Positions 25,938 through 32,000 of a stretch of 32,000 bases of DNA are shown here, piece by piece. Positions within the stretch are counted from its first letter, which is position 1. Every line of letters begins with the position of its first letter. The notes under the pieces were generated by a model. That model was not told where the DNA came from. It saw only the letters and a program-made list of their open reading frames with translations, and searched no databases. Location of the stretch: sequence record OM249648.1; one strand, 5' to 3'. A program made the position numbers and the translations under genes. The DNA comes from Vibrio phage phiKT1024.

Positions 25938-28283
25938 ATGAGCAAACGTTATAATAAATTAAGCTTGGACAAAGTATCCGAAGCTGTGCAACAAAATGAA
26001 AAAATTGATATTAGTAACCAAGATACAATGAAAGCTTCGCAGATCACTATTATCAAACGTAAAGGACATAAAGAACCATTCAAACCCGAAAAACTACGTA
26101 AGGTTTGTTTGTGGGCAGCCGATAATAAAGAATATCTAGCTGATGAACTTATTCGTGACACTGAGATTAAACTTCACAAAGAGATTCATATTAAAGATAT
26201 GTATCAACAACTAATTGTTACGGCTGTTAATAAGATCTCGATGCTTCAGCCCGTGTGGGAAGAAATTGCAGCCAAATTACAACTGCTTTCTTATTATAAA
26301 GAAACATATAACATTGCTTCTGATAATCAATATCCTCACCTTCGTGACGTTCTTGCACTTGGTGTCGAACGAAAGATTTATAACAAAGAAACTGTTCATT
26401 CGTACACACCACAAGAAATTGATGAATTAAATGATGCAATCAAACCAGAACGAGATCTATTGTTCAACTTCAAAGGTCTAGTTTCATTCTTCGATAAGTA
26501 CTGTTTGAACTACACAAAAACAAAAAAACTTGAGTTACCACAACATGCTTACATGCGCGTAGCTATGGCACTCATGGCTAACGAGAAAGAACGTGTTAAA
26601 CGAGTCATAGAAGAATATAACAACATTTCATCTCACAATTATACACGTGCTACTCCTATCATGCTTAATGCACTGACGCCTGGACAACAGTTGAGTTCTT
26701 GTGTATTAAGTACACTAGCAGATGATTCACACTCGATCTTAGATACTGGTAAAAACCTCGGTATTTATTCAAAATTTAAGGGTGGTACGGCTCTTGACAT
26801 CTCAGCTATGAGAGCAAAGGGTGGTTATATAGAAGGTACTCAAGGTTATTCATCTGGACCCGTTCCATTTAATAAATTCTTTGAAGCTATTATGAAAGCT
26901 TGGAACCAAGGTGGTAAACGTCCGGGTGCACTGGCTGTATACTTCTCATGGTGGCACTTAGACGTAATGGACTTACTCTCACTGAAAAGTAATGGTGGTA
27001 CAGACGAAAACCGAGCACGAGGGCTTCAATTTGGTTGTAAACTGAATGATTTATTCATTGATGCGGTTATTGAAGATGAAGATATTCATCTATTTGATCC
27101 AAAAGATACACCAGAATTAATTGGTAAATTTGGTGAAGAGTTCAATGAACTATACCGTTCATATGTACAAAAAACCAACGTTCGTTCGAAGAAAGTCCGT
27201 GCTCGTGAAATTTGGAATAAAATCTTCAAAGAACGTTCTGAAACGGGTAACATTTATCTTTTCCATGAAGAGAACGTCAATGAATCAACTCTTTTAAAAC
27301 GTTACATTGGTTCTTCAAACCTTTGTACTGAGATATTGCTTCCTAGTCGTCCATCCGAATCAATCAGTGAACAACTCGTCACTATGGAAGATGGTTCTAC
27401 TGAAATCGTTAAACGATACAAAGCTGGTGAAATTGCACTGTGTAATCTAAGCTCATTTAATCTTCTGAAGTGGTACTACATGACAACCGAAGAACGAATG
27501 GAGACCATTCGAACATTGGTTCGAGGTCTGGATAACACTGTTGACTTAGCTAATTATCCGGTGAAAGAAGGTAAACACTCTAACATGATGTATCGCTATT
27601 TAGGCGTTGGTGTCCTAAATTATACAAACTACCTCGCTTTAAAAGAGATTGTTATTGATACAAAAGCCGCTGCCGAAGAGACCGATGCATTATTTGATGA
27701 ATTCTCTTACATGGTTATATCAGCTTCATGTGAGTTAGCAATCGAAAAGGGCAAATTCGAAAAATTCTATGAAACTGAATGGGCCGAAGGTATCCTTCCT
27801 ATTCATAAAGCTAACCAAAATGCAATGAAGTTGACTGACTATGAACCAGATTGGAAACGATGGGATGAACTAGCTGAGAAAGTTCGAACTTTCGGCATAC
27901 GCAATGCTCAACTTATGGCTATTGCACCAACGGCAACCTCAGGTAAAGCCATCAATGCTATCGAGTCAATTGAACCAATTCACGATTTCTTCTATAAAGA
28001 AGAGGGAACGATGACTGTTCCGACTGTTGTACCAAACTTCAGAAAGAACAACCGATTCTACAAAAAGAGCTTTGATTGCAACCAGTACGCATTGATTAAT
28101 AATGCAGCCGTCCGTCAAAAGTGGTTAGACCAAACCCAATCAGTCAACGTTTACTACAAACGTCCAGATTCACTGTGGGATATGTCTAAACTCCACATAT
28201 ATGGTTTCAAATTAGGAATGTGCACTTTCTACTACCTAAAACAAACCAAAGATTCAGACGATGCTTGTGAGTCTTGCACATAG
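25938..28283 (+). CDS. nrdA: Class Ia ribonucleotide reductase alpha subunit
   Basis: ATP-cone 'ITIIKRKGHKEPFKPEKLRKV', 'GTALDISAMRAKGGYIEGTQGYSSGPVPF', 'SSNLCTEILLP', C-terminal 'CESCT'. Confidence 0.97.
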   Translation: MSKRYNKLSLDKVSEAVQQNEKIDISNQDTMKASQITIIKRKGHKEPFKPEKLRKVCLWAADNKEYLADELIRDTEIKLHKEIHIKDMYQQLIVTAVNKISMLQPVWEEIAAKLQLLSYYKETYNIASDNQYPHLRDVLALGVERKIYNKETVHSYTPQEIDELNDAIKPERDLLFNFKGLVSFFDKYCLNYTKTKKLELPQHAYMRVAMALMANEKERVKRVIEEYNNISSHNYTRATPIMLNALTPGQQLSSCVLSTLADDSHSILDTGKNLGIYSKFKGGTALDISAMRAKGGYIEGTQGYSSGPVPFNKFFEAIMKAWNQGGKRPGALAVYFSWWHLDVMDLLSLKSNGGTDENRARGLQFGCKLNDLFIDAVIEDEDIHLFDPKDTPELIGKFGEEFNELYRSYVQKTNVRSKKVRAREIWNKIFKERSETGNIYLFHEENVNESTLLKRYIGSSNLCTEILLPSRPSESISEQLVTMEDGSTEIVKRYKAGEIALCNLSSFNLLKWYYMTTEERMETIRTLVRGLDNTVDLANYPVKEGKHSNMMYRYLGVGVLNYTNYLALKEIVIDTKAAAEETDALFDEFSYMVISASCELAIEKGKFEKFYETEWAEGILPIHKANQNAMKLTDYEPDWKRWDELAEKVRTFGIRNAQLMAIAPTATSGKAINAIESIEPIHDFFYKEEGTMTVPTVVPNFRKNNRFYKKSFDCNQYALINNAAVRQKWLDQTQSVNVYYKRPDSLWDMSKLHIYGFKLGMCTFYYLKQTKDSDDACESCT

Positions 28284-28311
28284 AATGCACATGATGTAGT
28301 ATAGTTCAAAA

Positions 28312-28353
28312 AGTAGCTTACTAGGCTAAGTGTTCAAAAAGTAAGCTACTTTA
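28312..28353 (+). terminator. Terminator-like inverted repeat, arms also in duplicated context
   Basis: AGTAGCTTAC...GTAAGCTACTTTATTT; direct repeat GTTCAAAAAGTA at 28304 and 28332. Confidence 0.6.
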
Positions 28354-28364
28354 TTTAAAAAATC

Positions 28365-28394
28365 GTTTAAAATTAAGCTGTAGTTGATTATAAT
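28365..28394 (+). promoter_or_regulatory. Putative early-type promoter
   Basis: GTTTAA, 18-bp spacer, TATAAT upstream of the ORF at 28418. Confidence 0.5.
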
Positions 28395-28417
28395 AACAAG
28401 AAATAAAAGGAGAGTCT

Positions 28418-28657
28418 ATGAGCACAAAAGAGATAGAGCTGACTTCGGTTAAGAAGTTAGAGTCAGGTGTTTACTTGATTAATGAGATGATTAAGGTGTC
28501 GAATCTTTCGATTGAGTCAAATGGGCAGTTTTTAGCTGATGTTGATTACAACGAAGAAGTGTATTCCGAGAGGGATGTAGAAATCCTAATTGGTCGATTC
28601 GTTGGTGAAGCACTCGCCGATAGAATGGAAAATGAAGCAATCCTGCCTCACGAATAA
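28418..28657 (+). CDS. Hypothetical protein
   Basis: 79-aa ORF with SD 'aaaggagag'. Confidence 0.65.
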   Translation: MSTKEIELTSVKKLESGVYLINEMIKVSNLSIESNGQFLADVDYNEEVYSERDVEILIGRFVGEALADRMENEAILPHE

Positions 28658-28693
28658 ATCTCACACAATAATAATTATAAGAGAAGGAAATAT

Positions 28694-29215
28694 ATGTTTT
28701 TAAGTTCAAACTATATACTTGGCAACGAACTGGTTGAACGTATGGATATTAATATTGCTAATGTATCCATTATGAGTAAGAGATTCGAGGATGAAAATGA
28801 TCACACCACTGTGGTGAAGATGAACAATTGTAATTTCATCAAGAGTGATTCACCTAAACTTCCTAAATATATTCAAAATGGTATTCAAGAATTAAAATCT
28901 CAATCACCATTTGTTGATTTCAGTGACAAACTTCCGTGTACTTGGTTTCGGAGTGAATTCGAACTGTCGGATAAAGATGCTATGAATTCGGATATCATCA
29001 AAGACAAAATCAAGATTCATGGAAAAGAATTTTATGTTTTCGAACAGAAATTTATAGATGCGGTTAAAGATCGCATTTGCTATATACTAGACGAAAAAGA
29101 AACCCAACAATGCTGGAATAATAAACAGATTGAAGGATATGTGAAGATTTCAAAGAAAAAATATATGACTTGGTATAATCCAAAAACAATTGTACAAAAT
29201 CAGAAGGAGTTCTAA
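28694..29215 (+). CDS. Hypothetical protein
   Basis: 173-aa ORF with SD 'agagaagga'; stop overlaps next gene start. Confidence 0.7.
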   Translation: MFLSSNYILGNELVERMDINIANVSIMSKRFEDENDHTTVVKMNNCNFIKSDSPKLPKYIQNGIQELKSQSPFVDFSDKLPCTWFRSEFELSDKDAMNSDIIKDKIKIHGKEFYVFEQKFIDAVKDRICYILDEKETQQCWNNKQIEGYVKISKKKYMTWYNPKTIVQNQKEF

Positions 29216-29823
29216 TGAAAAAGGACGATAATAAAAATAATAATGTTCCTATTAAAGAAAAACGAATAATCATGATCCATGGTATTTATCGCTCCGGTAA
29301 AGATTATGCGGCTGAACAAATTGAAACTTATCTACACGAAATAGGATACACCACAGAAAAAATGTCTTTTGCTGACCCCATGAAATTCATACTAACGAAA
29401 ACACTCAATGTCGATCTCGAAACGTTTGATAATCATAAGAACAACAAATCAGAATTATTTGTTCAAGGAGACGACCTCCAAAATGTATTTCTGACAGATT
29501 TTCGTACTTTAATTCAAAACTTCGGAACCGAAGCAATGAAACCAATTTTCGGTGAACATGTTTGGGCAACTATTTTATATAAAAAAGCTATTGCTTCAGA
29601 AGCCGATTTCGTCATAGTTCCAGACTTTCGTTTCCTAACGGAACAAATCAAAGGTGCTCATACAATAAAAGTAATAAACAAAGACGTTGAACACTCCGAC
29701 GGTCATCGTTCCGAAAATGAACTAAAGAATTTTAAATTTGATTATGAGATCAATAACACTGGTAAACCTGACATATCAAAAGATGTCAAGAAAATCGTCG
29801 ATTCTATTATTAAAAAATCTTAG
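29215..29823 (+). CDS. 1: Deoxynucleoside monophosphate kinase, T4 gp1-like
   Basis: P-loop 'IMIHGIYRSGKDYAAEQI', 'MSFADPMKFIL', 'LIQNFGTEAM', 'FVIVPDFRF' parallel T4 gp1 'FLSGVKRSGKDTTADFI' and 'YYIVPDTRQ'. Confidence 0.85.
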   Translation: MKKDDNKNNNVPIKEKRIIMIHGIYRSGKDYAAEQIETYLHEIGYTTEKMSFADPMKFILTKTLNVDLETFDNHKNNKSELFVQGDDLQNVFLTDFRTLIQNFGTEAMKPIFGEHVWATILYKKAIASEADFVIVPDFRFLTEQIKGAHTIKVINKDVEHSDGHRSENELKNFKFDYEINNTGKPDISKDVKKIVDSIIKKS

Positions 29824-30038
29824 TTTTCAATCTGATTCAAATACTCACGAAAAGAATGAATGTCATTTTGGCATTCATTCAAATCTAACATATTCTTTAG
29901 AATCCCCACAATATAATCATAATCTTCCTTGTGGCCCTTCTCTGCCGCAATTGCTTTGGCTTGATTCCACTTCTTTTCTACTTCATCAACTGATTTTCCA
30001 CTTTTCTTTGCAAACGATTTAATGACGTTATTTGGCAT
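29820..30038 (-). CDS. Conserved small phage protein
   Basis: 'FAKKSGKSVDEVEKKWNQAKAIAAEKGHKEDYDYIVGILKNML', a pattern recognised from other phages; SD 'gagga' on the minus strand. Confidence 0.75.
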   Translation of the reverse strand: MPNNVIKSFAKKSGKSVDEVEKKWNQAKAIAAEKGHKEDYDYIVGILKNMLDLNECQNDIHSFREYLNQIEN

Positions 30039-30078
30039 AATTTCCTCATTTTTTTTAATATTAGTATTTATTGATATT

Positions 30079-30086
30079 TATAAATA
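30079..30086 (+). promoter_or_regulatory. T4-type late promoter TATAAATA
   Basis: Exact TATAAATA upstream of the 30110 gene. Confidence 0.75.
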
Positions 30087-30109
30087 GTATAAACTAAGAG
30101 GATTGCTTA

Positions 30110-31411
30110 ATGGCACAATATGATAAGAGTAATGAAAAATATGTCGATAGGAATAATGACCTATTTGATGTCAATCTAAGTGCAGATGAGAATGGACAGA
30201 TTTGGCAAAAGAGATATGCTAAAACTGCACTTCAATTACCTAAATATTCAGAGGATTTTTCTCTATTCCACGGTATGTTTTCTTTCGATTTATTGGCGAG
30301 GGTTTGGGAAGAGATTGAATTTACTGTAAGTGATAAACAGAATTATGTGTTTATCCCAGAACACCTAATTGGGTTCACTTACTCATCTTCAATTAATCAA
30401 ATGCTTAACCTATCTTCAGGTACCACTGTTGATATGGGTTCTGGTATCCGAACAAAACGATATGTACTATGTCAACCAAATAGAGGAACAATGGTTTCAT
30501 CTACGGTAATATGTCCAGACCCTCATAAACATGGAGTACGAAATTGGGGTTTAAGTCTTCCTTCCGACTCCCTACGTTTTCAGTTAGAGGGTGATGGAAC
30601 CGATTGGGATCTATATGCATTTCGTAAAACTGACCAAGGAATTCAAACTAACGAGCCACTAAAGCAGTATTTACCTGATGATTTTAATATAGAGAAAGCA
30701 CACAATTATCACATTCAATTTGATATTATTGGTAATGTTTATTACTTCATTGATGAAATTCTAGTATTTTCCGAAAACAATGTTAATACATTAGATGGTC
30801 CATTGATTTCTGACCCGGCACTTCCATTTGTGTTCGAGTCGTTGACATATGAACAAGGTACTGAATTAGTCCTTAAATGCTTTAGCTTAGATATATCAAT
30901 AGAAGGTGGAATGGATGATTTCCGTATTCAAGGTTCAGTTAGTAATATAGATCCAGTAACTGTTCAACCGACCGGTACAGCTGCTTTGGCTGTTCGAGTA
31001 CCAAGAAATGTTGATTATAATGGGAATAGTGTGTTCTATTCTCGTGCAATCACACTAAACAAAGTTACTAACTGGTGTCGTGATGAATCCGCGTTAAGAT
31101 TGTATATAATTCGTGATACGTATGCGACTAATTTAGAATCACTGACTTGGAATAATGTTGTAGATTCTAAGATAGAATATCTGGAAGGTGGAGACACGTC
31201 CTTACTTGATACGGCATTCCAACTTGATAAGAATATCAATTTCTTAGTTGCTAATGAGTGGCAAGATATAGAAATCAAGAATGAGATCGAATCCGCTGAT
31301 ATGAGAAACGTTCCTCATGTTAACCCAGGTGACATAATCATATTTGAAGTCGTTCCAATTACATCAAACAAAGAGACATATGTCACGTTCTATTATAGTG
31401 AAATTCGATAA
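30110..31411 (+). CDS. Hypothetical, probable late/virion-associated protein
   Basis: 433-aa beta-rich ORF immediately downstream of a late-promoter motif, with SD 'aagagga'. Confidence 0.65.
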   Translation: MAQYDKSNEKYVDRNNDLFDVNLSADENGQIWQKRYAKTALQLPKYSEDFSLFHGMFSFDLLARVWEEIEFTVSDKQNYVFIPEHLIGFTYSSSINQMLNLSSGTTVDMGSGIRTKRYVLCQPNRGTMVSSTVICPDPHKHGVRNWGLSLPSDSLRFQLEGDGTDWDLYAFRKTDQGIQTNEPLKQYLPDDFNIEKAHNYHIQFDIIGNVYYFIDEILVFSENNVNTLDGPLISDPALPFVFESLTYEQGTELVLKCFSLDISIEGGMDDFRIQGSVSNIDPVTVQPTGTAALAVRVPRNVDYNGNSVFYSRAITLNKVTNWCRDESALRLYIIRDTYATNLESLTWNNVVDSKIEYLEGGDTSLLDTAFQLDKNINFLVANEWQDIEIKNEIESADMRNVPHVNPGDIIIFEVVPITSNKETYVTFYYSEIR

Positions 31412-31492
31412 AAAGTGTTTTTTCTTATATACAAGGGATTATTTTTTGTTTATAATGACTCAAAATTAACCCTATGTATATAAGGAAATCGA

Positions 31493-32000
31493 ATGAAAAT
31501 CTCTGATATCATCCAAGAGCTTAATCGAGAAAATGGCTCTAATTTCAAAATCTCCGTTCTGAAAAAGTACAAAGATAACATCTTACTTCAACGTGTTCTA
31601 AAGATGGCATATGATCGAGTCGAATTCACATATGGTATGTCACTGAAAAGTCTAGATAAGTTCGAAGGTATTCAGAATGCCTCAATTGGTTTGTATGAAG
31701 CGTTAGACTATCTTGAAGATGATATTGCTTCTCGTAAAATCACTGGTCATAAAGCATTACAAGCCGTTGCAAACATCCTTGCTTGTTTATCCGAAGAAGA
31801 TGCAGATATCGTGCGCAAGATCATCGATCGAGATCTAAAAATCAATCTAGGTAAGACTCAAATCAACAAAGTCTTCAAAAATCTTATCGTAAAACCAGTT
31901 TACATGCGTTGTGGCGTTTATAACGATAAATCAAAGTCAAAGATTAATCCAAACAAATCTATTGTTCAACTTAAGGCAGATGGTACATATCGTGACTTCA
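31493..32000 (+). CDS. 30: DNA ligase, T4 gp30-like, N-terminal part (truncated by window edge)
   Basis: 'LKKYKDNILLQRVLKMAYDRVEF', 'SRKITGHKALQAV', 'VRKIIDRDLKINLG' and 'SIVQLKADGTYRDF' (KxDG nucleotidyl-transfer motif). Absent from the ORF track because no stop lies in the window. Confidence 0.88.
   Translation, partial: MKISDIIQELNRENGSNFKISVLKKYKDNILLQRVLKMAYDRVEFTYGMSLKSLDKFEGIQNASIGLYEALDYLEDDIASRKITGHKALQAVANILACLSEEDADIVRKIIDRDLKINLGKTQINKVFKNLIVKPVYMRCGVYNDKSKSKINPNKSIVQLKADGTYRDF

Noticed and set aside
25949-26439. Overlapping antisense/alternate-frame ORFs inside nrdA (25949-26161 -, 26215-26430 +, 26227-26439 -)
   Set aside because: They lie within a strongly conserved enzyme gene, with no independent similarity or convincing RBS.
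1-32000. CRISPR arrays, tRNA genes, rRNA, diversity-generating retroelements
   Set aside because: No regularly spaced repeats, cloverleaf-like genes or reverse transcriptase were recognised on reading. A tRNAscan/CRISPR finder run would be needed to be certain.

Overview
This window is part of an AT-rich T4-like (tevenvirus-type) myovirus genome, almost entirely transcribed on the + strand. From sequence similarity recalled from family knowledge, I recognise: the C-terminus of an actin-like (ParM/StbA-like) protein, an HNH/NUMOD3 homing endonuclease, sliding clamp (gp45), ssDNA-binding protein (gp32), RNase H/flap exonuclease, primase (gp61), a DsbA/GapR-like DNA-binding protein, a Cas4-like PD-(D/E)XK nuclease, a short gp23-like capsid paralogue, a glycosyltransferase resembling TET-associated GTs, a large primase/helicase of the herpes-ori-binding type, UvsW helicase, a GIY-YIG/T5orf172-like protein, Dam methylase, NrdB, NrdA, dNMP kinase (gp1) and the start of DNA ligase (gp30). 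The main discovery candidate is a family of 23 small genes (about 80-140 aa) in three blocks: 1544-2795, 15660-19980 and 21605-23503. Their bodies diverge strongly but nearly all end in the same C-terminal tail, roughly [HYF]-P-E-x-[FLYCM]-[IV]-stop. In about 14 junctions the DNA encoding that tail also supplies the Shine-Dalgarno sequence and start codon of the next gene, for example CCAGAGGAGTTTATATGA. Other findings: RNase H appears to start at a non-canonical ATT/ATA codon, gp32 has lost its zinc-ligand cysteines, one array cassette is frameshifted while its tail/RBS is preserved, and several strong hairpin terminators and late promoters are visible.
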